Positions 15,906-29,189 of a stretch of DNA of 64,000 nucleotides are shown here, piece by piece. The DNA lies in NCBI RefSeq assembly GCF_009914755.1, contig NC_060927.1; one strand, 5' to 3'. A program made the translations under genes and the position numbers. The DNA comes from the human T2T-CHM13v2.0 reference genome, Homo sapiens. The stretch's first letter is position 1; each line of letters starts with the position of its first letter. The notes beneath the pieces are model-generated. The model made no database searches and was not told the origin of the DNA. It saw only the letters and a list, made by a program, of their open reading frames with translations.

Positions 15906-17980
15906 ACAATGAGATCACATGGACACAGGAAGGGGAATATCACGCTCTGGGGACTGTTGTGGGGTGGGGGGAGGGGGGAGGGATAGCATCGGGAGATATA
16001 CCTAATGCTAGATGACGAGTTAATGGGTGCAGCGCACCAGCATGGCACATGTATACATATGTAACTAACCTGCACTATGTGCACATGTACCCTAAAACTT
16101 AAAGTATAATAAAAAAAAAAAATAAAGAATGCAGTTCAGTTGACGCAATCTTAAAACTATGTGTGCTTAATTTAATGCATGGACACATAGGTCTCATCAA
16201 ATTATAAAGAAGATTACAAGGCTAATAAAATTAAAACCAACATCAATATATTGTAATGGTTGTTCTTGTCCGGTTGAAAGTTAATAGCTGATGTTGGTTT
16301 TAATGGTAGGGAAATAGTACCTCAGGTTCAGTTCCGTGCTTAAGCAATATCTGCATTTTGACTTTAATAATACTAATGTGGTGATAGCAATGACTTCAAT
16401 CAGCACACATCCTTAATCAGAATTTACCAGTGAGCTGCAGGTGCTAATTTAAATGTAATAGCAATTGATAAATCTTTAAACTTGTTCACATGAAAGTAAA
16501 GTTAGCACTGCTACATTATTAAAATGTGCATTAAAAATACATCAATTTTGATTACTTACGCAATTTGGAAAACAAAATGTTTTTGTTTCATGTTAACATT
16601 TCCACCACCTGCAAAAAAGAGGACGTTTTTCTCTAGTATAGATTTAACTTTTCAGTTTGCAGTATTGATGTGATTCTGTCTTGCATTAAAACACAATCTT
16701 CCTACCACATTTTTCTCTCTTCAGACTACCTGTAAAATATTTGATTTTTATGGTGTGCTGTGAGCTCATGCACCTTTCATGTGGTGACAATATTTCATGT
16801 GGTGATGATTACTTTTTAAAAGCAATCCCAAATATGGGCAGAAAAATTGTGGTGTAGTACTTGGATATACAGTGTTTGATAAATATATACTCATATTAAT
16901 ATTTTAAGTTTAGCGTCAAAATGAAACCTCAAATATAAAAATTTATCATAGATAAACTCAACATTCGGGAATGTTCAACAGAAAAGCACATACTTCCATT
17001 TGAGAATAAGTAATTGAGAACCTAAAGGAATAATTTATAAACTTTTTTTAACCCTAGAAATATTATTCAAGCAAATTCTGATGTGGCTATCCAAATGTAA
17101 ACAGATGCCATTCTTTCATCCCACTTGTATTAATTTCCATTCAATCTTTTCCTAGAGAGTGAAAGAGACAGTGGAAAGACATGACAAATATAAAAAAAAT
17201 TGTGAACTATCAACTTTAATCTTCATTACGAATCCTTTTCATGTACTGAGTATTCTCTAAACAACCAGATAGATATTCGAAGACTCCGTACCTTTCAGAA
17301 GTTTATAGAGATTGGCATTGACATCAACCAGATAATCAAGAGTTAAAAAGGTAATAGCACTAGTTCTGGCTCGCTATTTGGCTAAAGCTAGTCTAGATTT
17401 TAGCCACACCAGCAAAGCACTACTTTGATCTTTTGAGCACTGTTGGACGAGCAGAACTACAGGTTGTTGGCCATTAGGAGTTTAGGCTGCTGTATTAATA
17501 TTACTATCATTATCTGAGTAAATATAAGTGACAGAACAAGCATCAGAAAATTATCTTACTGAGTCACCTTTCCTTATCATGGTAATATAAATAATTTGAA
17601 AAATCTAGGTTATAAACTCTTGGTATTAAATGCTTTCATTAAGTCTCTACTATAAGTCAATATTCTTAAAATTCACTTGGGAAATTTTTACTTCAGATAC
17701 ACAATTAAGTTTTCTTTCCCATAATTATTATCTTCAAATATCTTTTGTTGGCCTTATCTTTTAAATTTTTTAAAAATTTGTAATAAAATGCTTAGACACA
17801 CAGATAGGAAAAATGAATACTATAATGTTACCACATGGCTTAAGAAATAAATTACCATTAGATTTTAAACCCATAGTGTATCCCTTCCAGAACATATGTA
17901 CCTCCTTTCCTAACATGAAATCATGATCTTGTTTCTTATCATTTCCATAAATCTCTTTCTAATTTTATTACATGTACATT

Positions 17981-18082
17981 TGCATTCGAGTTCATAGATA
18001 AAAACAGAACCAATAGGAGATACATATATATATATATACACACACACAGTCCCCTATTGGTTATATACATGTGTCCCCTATT

Positions 18083-18181
<99 letters not shown>

Positions 18182-18586
18182 TGAAAAGAAAGAGAGATTT
18201 TAAGGAAATGAGGAATTGTCTTGCATGATTATGGGAGCTAGCAAGTCCAGAATACATAGGTTAGGCTGACAGGCTGGGGATTCAGATAAAAGTTGATATT
18301 TCAGCCTTGAGTCTAAAGGCTGAAAACTCAGACAGAATTTCTATGTTGCAGCCTGGAGGCAGAAATCCTTTCTCTTTGGGAAACCTAAGTCTTTGCTCTT
18401 AAGGTCTCAAATGACTAGAAAAGACACAGCCACATTATTTAGGGAAATCTGGTTTATTTAAAGTCAATTGATTACAAATGTTGATCATATCTTAAAAATA
18501 CCTTTATAACAACATCTAGACTGTGTTTGACCAAACAACTGGTGTCCATAATCTAGTCAATTTGACACACAAAATTAACCATCATA
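17981..18586 (-). mobile_element. MLT2 (ERVL) solo LTR, MLT2C/D-like
   Basis: Ends 'ttgacacacaaaattaaccatcata', the reverse complement of the MLT2 5' end; 'acagaaccaataggagata' at the other end. Confidence 0.85.
18088..18180. repeat. Compound (TA)n(CA)n microsatellite
   Basis: Directly visible. Confidence 0.97.
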
Positions 18587-18961
18587 GCTTGTATCCTTAA
18601 AAATAAGGATTTTAAATATTATTTTGCATATTTTAAGCTTTAAATAAATGGTATAAAACATTAGATGTTGATTTGCTACTTGCTTTTTCTCTTTTGTATT
18701 TATTTATAAAACCCATTCATGTGACAATTTGTGGCAAGCATTTGATCATTTTTAACACAGTATAAAATTTTTACATATTTTTGGGCATTCTCCTGGTGAT
18801 GAACAGTGGGTTGTCTCCAGTTGTTTGTGGTTATAAACAGTGCTGCTATGAACATCCTTGTTCATGTATCTTAACAAGCATATACTAGAATTTCTAAGAA
18901 TGGAATTGCTTCAAGAGATACACACTTTTTATTAGTCTTTCCTAAATGGTGCCAAATTGTT

Positions 18962-19310
18962 GAACAAGCCTTCAATCTCTGGTGCAGAACTCTAGCACCA
19001 GCTATTTTTTAGAATTTATAATGTGTAGGTTTCAGGAAGGTAATATGATAGTTATCCCCATATATCATGTAACAATCCAACAGGCACTGCAGCAGCATCC
19101 AATACAATGTTAGTATTTTTGCAATGAAAGGTACAAATAATCACAAGTAGGATTAAAAATATAAATATCTTAACATCAGTTAGGATCAGATTTTGCTTAC
19201 AAATAAGGTTAAGTCAAGTTAGATCTTACTGCAAAGTGAATAATGAAAAACAATCAGTTATTAGATTGTTTTTGAGTTTTGAATTGTAAATAAAGACCTC
19301 ATGTGTACCA
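18962..19310 (-). mobile_element. TcMar-Tigger non-autonomous element (MamRep434-like)
   Basis: 'aggaaggtaatatg...acatcagttaggatcagattttgc...tttttgagttttgaattgtaaataaag' resembles the recalled consensus in antisense. Confidence 0.55.
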
Positions 19311-20487
19311 CATAATTGCCTAAAATTTGTTATCACGATTATGTTATTTAGGCCAGTCTAATGTAAATGAAATATTTGAAAATGTGGTTTACACTGGCAT
19401 TTTTCTGATGACGCTAGGCATATTTTATTCTACTTTCTGGACATTTGGGTTTCCTCATCTGTGAGTTGCTTATTTGTATGTTTTGCCATTTTTAAAATTG
19501 TTTTGCTTGTCTTTTAAAAAAATTGGTTTATAGAAGTTTTACATATATTCTTATATTAATCCTTTGTTATACAAGTTAGAAATATCTTCTTCCAGTTTGT
19601 GGCCTACCTTTTCACTTTTAATAGTGTCTTTATGCACGTGTGTGTGTGTTTCCCACAGAATTTTCATAATGAATCTTTATCCTAATATTATTTATCAGTC
19701 TTTTCCTTTGCAGTATGTGCTCTCTGTAACTTATTTAAGAAATCCTTTTATTCTCTGACTTTACTAAAATATGCTCCTAATTCTCTTTTAAAAGCTTTAA
19801 ATTTTGCCTCTTAGATTTAGGTCTTTAATTTTCACAGACTTAACATTTAAATAGTTTATGAGCAAGCGATCCAACTTCATTTAATTCCATGTCCATGTGG
19901 ATAACCAGCTGTCCTAGAATCATACATTGAATAGTTCATTCTTTTCCTACTGAATATTTTTTTAATTTTTGTGGGTATATAGTAGGTATAAATATTTATG
20001 GGGTACATGAGATGTTTTAGTATAGGCATGTAATGTGAAGTAAACACATCATGGAGAACGGGGTATCCATCCCCTCAGGCATTTATCTTTTGAATTACAA
20101 AAAATCCAATTACATTCTTTATTTAAAAATATACAATTAAGTTATTATTGACTATAGTGTTCCTACTGTGCTATCATATAGTAGGTCTTATTCATTCTTC
20201 CTAATTTTTTTGGACCCATTAACCATCCCCACCTCCTCTCTCATCCCCCCACCATATTTCTCAGCCTCTGGTAAGTATCCTTTTACTCTCTATGTCCATG
20301 AGATCAATTGATTTGATTTTTAGATTCCACAAGTAAGTGAGAATATTTGATGTTTGTCTTTCTGTGTCTGGTTTATTTCACTTAACTAATGATCTCCAGT
20401 GCCATTCATGTTGTTGCAAATGATGGGATCTCATTCTTTTTTATGGCTGACTAGTACCACACTGGGTGTATGTACCACATTTTCTTT

Positions 20488-20944
20488 CTTGTTTTTTTGT
20501 TTTTGTTTTTGTTTTTTTTTTTTACTAAAATAAGGTTATTTACTTCAATATGATACATTGGATATAATCTGTATATAGAACAAAGCAAGCAATGGTAAAC
20601 TTAGTAAGGCACCTTTTAAACCAGATGCTATACAAAATACATTTAGTGTGTTACATATCAAAGACAAATCTATGTTTTTGGCGTTTTACAATTGCCTGAT
20701 AAAACTGCTTGCTTTTATCCTTCTTTCAATGCCAATGTACAGTTTTCCCTAATGAAGCAATAATGATATTTCCATTTTATACAATATATGCTACATTTTA
20801 GTTTTAAATGAGCCAGGACAAAGGTCACTAAAAGGGCTTAAATAATTCCATAGAAAACAGAATACAGAGCATAAGCTAAAATTACAATAGTTAATCCTTT
20901 GCAAGAGCCATATTCACATACTTTCCTTATGGGACCATCATTAC
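20488..20944 (-). pseudogene. 5'-truncated processed retrocopy of an mRNA 3'UTR end (tentatively HNRNPA2B1 distal 3'UTR)
   Basis: Non-L1 sequence with a poly(T) tract (20488-20523) splits the L1 motif 'cacattttcttt|atccatt'. Variant poly(A) signal AGTAAA lies about 20 nt from the tail on the minus strand. Source gene is recalled, not verified. Confidence 0.75.
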
Positions 20945-22918
20945 CTTTATCCATTGATCTGTTGACGGACACTTAGGGTGTTTCCAAACCTTAGCTGTTG
21001 TAAACAGTGCTGCAACAAACAGGAGTGCAGATATTTCTTCCATATACTGATTCCTTTCTTTGGGGTATATACCCAGTAGTGGGATTGCTAGATCATATGG
21101 TAGCTCAATTTTTAGTTTTTTTGAGGAACCTCCAAACTGTTCTCCATAGTGGTCATATTAATTTACATTCCTGCCAACAGTGTACAACTTTCCCTTTTCT
21201 CCACATCTTCTCCAGCATTTGTTATTGCCTGTCTTTTCGATATAAGCCATTTAAATGGGGGTGAGATAATATCTCATTGTTGTTTTTATTTGCATTTCTC
21301 TGATGATCAATGATGTTGAGCACCTTTTCATGTGCCTGATTTGCCATTTGTATGTCTTCTTTTGAGAAATGTTTATTCAAATATTTTGCCTTTTTTTGGA
21401 TCAGATTATTAGATTTTTTCCTATGGAGTTGTTTGAGCTCTTTATATATTGATTATTAATCCCTTGTCAGAAGGATAGTTTGTAAATATTTTCTCTCATT
21501 CTGTGGGTTGTCGCTTCAAGAAATTTTTGCCCAAAACAATGTCTTGGAGGTTTTCCCCAATGCTTTCTTGTAATAGTTGCATAGTTTGAGTTGTTAGATG
21601 TAAGTCTTTAATCTATTTTGACTTTATTTTTGCACATGGCAAGAGATAGGGGTCTAGTTTCATTCTTTTGCATGTGGATATCCAGTTTTTCCAGCACCAT
21701 TTATTGAAAAGACTGTATTTTCCTCAGTGTATGTTCTGGGCACCTTTGTTAAAATAAGTTCTCTGTAGTTGTGTAGATTTGTTTCTGTGTTCTGTATTCT
21801 GTTCCACTGGTCTATGTGTCTCTTTTTATGTCAGTACCATGCTGCTATGGTTACTATACCTCTGTAGTATAACTTGAAGTCAGGTAAAGTGATTCCTCCA
21901 GTTTTGTTCTTTTTGCTTAGGATGTGTTTGGCTATTCTGGGCCTTTTGTGGTTCTGTGTAGATTTTAGGATTGTTTTTTCTATTTCTGTGAAGAATGTTA
22001 TTGGTATTTTGATAAGGACTGCATTGAAACTGTAGATTGCTTTGAGTGGTATGAACATTTTAACAATATTGATTCTGCCAATTCATGAGCATGGAATTTT
22101 TTATTCATATTTTCGTGTCCTCATCAATTTTCATCAGTGTTTTATAGTTTTCATTATAGAGCTCTTTCACTTCTTTGGATATTTCCTAGGTATTTAACCT
22201 CACGTGTGGCTATTGTAAATAAGATTTCTTTTTTGATTTCTTTTTCAAATTGTTCACTGTTGGCATATAAAAATGCTACTGATTTCAGTAAGCTGATTTT
22301 GTATCCTGCAACTTTACTGAATTTGTTTATAAGTTTTAATAGGTTTCTTGTATAGTCATTAGGTTTTTTCCAAATATAGATCATATTATTAGCAAACAAG
22401 GATAATTTGACTTCTTTCTTTCTAATTTGCTTCCCTTTATTTCTCTCTCTTGTCTGATTGTTCTAGCTAGGACTTCCAGTACTATATTGAATAACAGCGG
22501 TGACAGTGGATATCCTTGTCATGCTCCAGATTGCAGATAAAATGCTTTCAGTTTTTCCCCATTCAGTATAATACTACCTGTATTATATAGACTTTGTGGG
22601 TCTGTCATATATGGCTTGCTTTTATTATGTTAAGTTGTATTCCTTCTATACTCATTTTTTTTAGTTATTTTTAATAATAACGAATGTTGAATTTAATCAA
22701 ATGCTTTTTCAGCATCAATTGAAATGATCATTTAGTTTTTATTCTTAATTCTGCTGATATAATATAATGTATCATATTAATTGGTTTGTGTATGTTGAAC
22801 CATCCATGCATCCCAGGGATAAATCCCACTTGCTCGCAATGAATAATCTTTTTAATGTATTGTTAAATTCAGGTTGCTAATATTTTGTTGAGGATTTTTG
22901 TATCAATATTCATCAGAG

Positions 22919-23365
<447 letters not shown>

Positions 23366-26300
23366 TTAACGTTTGGTAGAATTCAGCAGTGAAGCCATCA
23401 GGCCCCGGGCTTTTCTTTAATGAAAGACTTTTTATTGTGGCTTCAATCTCATTACTTGTGATTGGTCTACTCAGGTTTTGGATTTCTTCCTTTTTCAATC
23501 TTGGAAGTTTACGTGTCTAGGAATTTGACCATTTCTTCTAGATTTTCCAATGTATTGGCATATGGCTGCTCATAGTAGCCACAAATGATCCTTTGAATTT
23601 CTGCAGTATCAGTTGTAATGTCTCCTTTTTCATTTCTAATTTTATTTATTTGGATCTTCTCTCTTTTTTCCTTAGTTAATCTGGCTAAAGGTTTGTCAAT
23701 TTTGTTTTTTTTTACAAAATTTTTTTTTTTACAATTTTCTTTTTTTTGCAAAAAACAACTTTTCGTTTCTCTGATCTTTTTATGGCTTTTTTTATTTCAG
23801 TGTCATATATTTCTGCTCTGATCTTTATTATTTATCTTTTACTAGTTTTGAGTTTGGTTTGCTCTTGATTTTCTAGTTCTTTAAGATTCATCAATAGATT
23901 ATTTATTATAAGTTTTTCCTTTCATGTGATGTAGGCACTTATAAACTTTCCTCTGAGTACTGCTTTTAATGTAGCTTATAGGTTTGGGTATATTGTTTTC
24001 AATACTATTTGTTTCAAGAAATTTTTCTGTTTCCTTTTTAATTTCTTCATTGACCTACTGGTCATTCAGGAGCATATTGTTTAATTTCCATGTATTTATA
24101 CAGTTTCCAAAATTCCCCTTGTTATTAATTTCTAGGGTTATTCCATTGTGGTCAGAAAAGGTGCTTGATAATCTTCAACATAATTGAAGATAATATTTCA
24201 ACTTTTTGATGATATTTCAATTGTTTTGAAAGTTTTAGGACTTGCTTTATGATCTAATATATGGTATTTCCTTGAGAATGATTCACGTGCTGAGGAAAGG
24301 AATGTAGTTCTTGGATGAAATGTTCTGTAAATAAACCGAAAATCCATTCGGTCATTATAGCGCAGATTAAGTCTAATGTTTCTTTGTTGATTTTCTGCCT
24401 GAAAGATCTGTCCAATGTTGAAAGTGGGGTGTTGAAGTCTCCAGCTATAATTGTATTAGGCTTATCTCTCTTTAGCTCTAATATATCCTTTATATATCTG
24501 GGTACTCCTGTATTGGGTGCATATATATTTAAAATTGTTATATCCTCTTGTTGAAGTGACCCCTTTATCATTATATAGTGACCTTGGTTGTCTCTTCTTA
24601 TAGTTTTTGTCCTGAAATCTATTTTGTCAGATATAAGTATACTGACTCCTGCTTTTTATTTTTTGTTTTTTGGCTTCTATTGACATGGAATATTTTTCTC
24701 TATCATTTTAATTTCAGTCTTTGTGTGTCTTTATGGGTGAAGTGTGTTTCTTCTAGGCAACAGATTAATGGGTCTTATTTTTTTATCCATTCAGTCAGTC
24801 TACGTCTTTTGATTTGAGAGTTTGGTCCATTTACATTCAATGTTATTGTTGACAAGTAAGGATGTACTTCTGCCATTTTGTTATTTGTTTTCTGGTTGTT
24901 CTATGGCCTTCTCTTCCTTCTTTCTTTCATTTCTCTCTTTCTCTAGTGAAGATGATTTTCTATGGTGATATGATTTAGTTTTTGCTTTTTATTTTTTGTG
25001 TATTCATTGTATGTTTCTTGAAGTTATCATGAGGCTTGCAAATACTATCTTATAACTCATTATTTTAACCTGATAACAACTTAAGACTATTTGCATAAAG
25101 AAACAAACAAGCGAGAAGAAAACTAATAAAAACTTGGCTTAACTTTGTGCCTCCCCTTTTTAACTTTTTGTTGTTTCTATTTATATCTTATTGTACTGAT
25201 TATGTCCTGAAATGTTGTTGTAGTTATTATTTTTGGTTGATTCATTGTTTAGTCTTTCTACTTAATTCTGTGTTTTTCTGTCTACTTACTACTAACAGTA
25301 AGTTTTGTGCCTTCAGGTGATTGTTTATTGCTCATTAATGTTCTTTTCTTTCTGATTGAAGTACTCCCTTTAGCATTTCTTGTAGGATGGGTTTGGTACT
25401 GATAAAATCCCTCAGCTTTTGTTTGTCTGGGAAAGTCTTTATTTCTCCTTCATGTTTGAAGACTATCTTTGCTGAATATACTATTCTAGGATAATAGTTT
25501 TTTTTTTTCCTTCAGCACTTTAAATATGTCATGACAGTCTCTCCTGGCCTATAAGGTTTCCACTGAGAAGTCTGCAGCCAGATGTATTGGAGCTTCAATG
25601 TATGTCATTTGCTTCTTTTATCTTGCTGCTTTTAGGATCCTTTCTTTATACTTGGCCTTTGGGAGTTTTCTTTTTTATTATTAAATGCCTTGAAGAAGTC
25701 TTATTTGAGTTAAATTTGCTTGGTGTTCTATAACCTTCTTGTACTTGGATATTGATATATTTCTCTACATTTGGGAAGTTCTCTATAAACCTTTTGAATA
25801 AATTTTCTACACCCATCTCTTTCTCTACCTCCCCTTTAAGGTCAAAAACTCTTAGATTTCCCCATTAGGGGCTATTTTCTAGATCCTGTAGGCATGCTTC
25901 ATCTTTTAAATTATTTTTTCTTTTGTTTCCTCTGACTGTGTATTTTCAAATAGCCTGTCTTCAATCTCACTAATTCTTTCTTCTGCTTGATCCATTCTGT
26001 TATTAAAGGACCTGATGCATGCTTCAGTATGCCCATTGCTTTTTTCAGCTCCAGGATTTCTGCTTGATTCTTTTAAGTTATTTGAATCTCTTTGTTAAGT
26101 TTATCTTATGGAACTCTAAATTCCTTCTCTGTGTTATCTCGAAATTCTTTTGGTTTCCTCAACACAGCTATTTTGAATTCTGTGTCTTAAGGGTCACATA
26201 TCTCTGTTTCTCCAGGATTAGTCCCTGGTGCCTTATTTAGTTCATTTGGTGAGATCATGTTTTCCTAGATGGTGCTGATAATAATAGATGTTCTTTGGTA

Positions 26301-28254
26301 TGTGGGCATTAAAAAGCTAGTTATTTATTGTAGTCTTCACTGTCTAGGCTTATTTGTAGCTGTCCTTCCTGGATATTTGAACAGATTTCGGTGATGTGAT
26401 TTAAGCTGTTTCTGCTTCAGGGAGAACCACAAGCCTAGTAATGCTGTGGTTCTTGTAGACTCATAGAGGTACCATCTTGATGGTCTTGGACAAGATACAA
26501 GAGAATTATCTGGATTATCAAGAAGAGACTCTTGTTCTCTTCCCTTACTTTCTCCCAAACATACAGAGTCTCTCTCTCTTTGTTCTGAACCATCTAAAGC
26601 TGGTAATGGAGTGATACAAGTACCACTGTGGCTACCACCACTATGGCTGCACGGGGTCAGACCTGAAGTCAGTATAGTGCTGGGTCTCACCCAAGGCCTA
26701 CTATAACCATACCCTATACTTCCTATATGTGCTCAAGGCCTTGGGGTAATGTCAGCCCTATCTGTTTCCTTCCCTTCAGGGCAGTGAAGTCCCCCAGGTT
26801 CCATATGGGTCCAAAAGTGCCATCTAGGAGTCAGGGACTATAGTCAAAACCTTAGAAGTCTACCTGGTATTCTATTGTATTGCAGCTGAGCCGGCATTCA
26901 AACCATAAGACACACTCCTTCCCACTCTTCCTTCCCCTTTCCAAAGACAGAGAAGCCTCATCCCATAGTCACCACCACCACTGGCCACAAGGAGTGCTGC
27001 CAGACTACCATTGACATTCTCTTAAGGCCCAAGGTCTTTTAAGTCAGCTTGTGGTGAATTCTGCCTGGCCTGAGACTCACCCATTAGGGTAGTGGGTTTC
27101 CCTCTGTCGCAGGGCAGGTTCAGAAATGCGATCCAAGAGACAAGTCCTGGAATTGGGGACCCTAAGAGCCATTTGGTTCTCTACCCCTCTGTGGCGGTGT
27201 TGGTACCTAAAGGGCAAGACAAAATCCTTTTACTTTTTTCTCTGCTTTTCTCAAGCAGTAGTTTTACCCATACCCACCACAGCTGGTAATGTGCTGAATC
27301 TCACCTGAAGCCATCAAGTCTCAGTGGCTCACCAAGTCCCTCAATGTAGTACCTGAATATCACTGCTGGTTATTCAGGGCCCAACGGTTCTTCAGTTAGC
27401 AGGTGATGAATGCTGCCAGAACTGGGTCTTTTTCTTCAAGGCAGTGGCTTCCCTTCTGGTACAGGGTATGCCTAGAGATGTCATGGGGGAGGTAGGGCCT
27501 GGAAAGGTTTCCTCATGACTCTAGCCAATGCCCTATCCTGCTGTGGCTGAGCTGGAATTCTAGATGAAAGACAAAGTTCTCCCTACTCTTCTCTCTCCTC
27601 TCCTCAAGCAGAATCAAGGGGACTCTTAGAGCTCTAAGCTTTATAGCCTGGAGTTAGAGGAGACGGTTTCACCTCCTCTAACTCTAGTAGAGCAAGGTAG
27701 TGCTGACAACACAGCCAGCACTACCTTGGCTGCACCAGCTGGTGTCTCAGTATGTCACATGCCCCCACAGTGCACTGTCTCTGGGACTAGTTCAGCACTA
27801 CGAGTGCAGTCCTTATGGCTTAGATTGCCTTTCAAGTTTATCTAGGGGCACAGAGCACTTTGGGCCCTGGTGGCGAGGTTTGTGGGCTCTCAAGTTTGGA
27901 TTATTGGGATCTGTGATTCCCCTCTGATTATGGCTGGTTTAAATGCTTCCTCCGTGGATAAGCATCAGCTGAGTTTGGTCTGTCTGGGCAGGCATCAGCT
28001 GAGTTTTCCTTTCCGCTCTAACAGGACAACAATGAGTTCAATGCCTCACAATTACTGTGTTCTCTCTCCCCCAGCACCTAGAGCTGCTCTCTGCACCACT
28101 CAGCTGTTGCTACAGGTAGGGGGAGATGGCATCTATGATTTAGGCCTGTTTTTTCTATCTCTTCAGTGCCTCTTTCAGTGATATGGAGTTAAAACCAACT
28201 ACTATGGGTGCTCACCTGATTTTTGGTTCTGATGAAGGTGTTTTTAACTTGGTT

Positions 28255-28562
28255 CTGTTTTTTGTTTTTTTTTCATTTTGAGCTCGAATCTCGCACTGTC
28301 GCCCAGGCTGGCGTGCAGTGGCGCCAGCTCGGCTCACTGCAAGCTCCACCTCCCTGGTTCACGCCATTCTCCTGCCTCAGCCTCCTGAGTAGCTGGGACT
28401 ACAGGCACCCACCACCACGCCCAGCTAATTTTTTGTATTTTTAGTAGAGACAGGGTTTCACTGTGTTAGCCAGGATGGTCTCCATCTCCTGACCTCGTGA
28501 TCCGCCCGCTTCGACCTCCCAAAGTGCTGAGATTACAGGCGTGAGCCACCGCGCCCGGGCCC
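28255..28562 (-). mobile_element. AluY SINE
   Basis: 'ctgcaagctcc', 'cacgccattctcc', 'gttagccaggatggtc', 'gacctcgtgatcc'. TSD ttaacttggtt at 28244-28254 and 28563-28573. Confidence 0.96.
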
Positions 28563-29189
28563 TTAACTTGGTTATGAAGCTGTTGTTAACTTGATGTCTT
28601 TGCAGGAGGTGGGGCAGTGATCAGTGGGACTTCTTATTTAGCAGTTTTGCTCTACCTCCCCTCCCACTCATTTTTGATGCCATTCTTATTATATCTGTGT
28701 TCAAATAGTTTTATTGCTGTGTTTTCTGTTTTATCTTATTGGTTAACTTGTTTCCTTCTGAATCAATACTAGACGGCCTAAATAAAGCTTTAGCATTAGT
28801 CTTGCTATCTAGAAAGTTGTTTCTACATAATAATCTTAGCTAGTCTGTTTCTTTTATACATTAATGTAAGATGTAGAATCAGCTTAAGTTTCATTTAAAA
28901 AGAGCAAGCAAATAAATTAACATAAAACCCTGTTAAAGTTAGAATAATTGCATAGATTAATTTGTGGAGAATTTATATTTTTACTATATCAACTCTTGCT
29001 TTTTATAAATATTTATTAAGGCTTTCTTTACTGTTTCCTAATGCAGTTTATAATTTTTGCCATAAAAATCTTGTATATATTTTTTGGATTTTGTTATTTA
29101 AAATATTTTTTCACAAAGTTTTTAAATTGAGCTTTTACTGAAACTAAAACTATAAATAAAACTTTTGTAAGAAAATATAAACAAATTAT

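Larger units (their letters stand above)
17780..19954 (-). mobile_element. Old L1M (MC/ME-type) host fragments, resuming at about 28663-29110
   Basis: Antisense L1 3'UTR/ORF2 motifs ('gtgctgctatgaacatccttg', 'catgtggataaccagctgtcc'); the ORF2-like sequence continues after the L1MA2 insertion. Confidence 0.65.

Noticed and set aside
17939-18178. 79-aa (CV)n(YI)n ORF
   Set aside because: Translation of a dinucleotide microsatellite.
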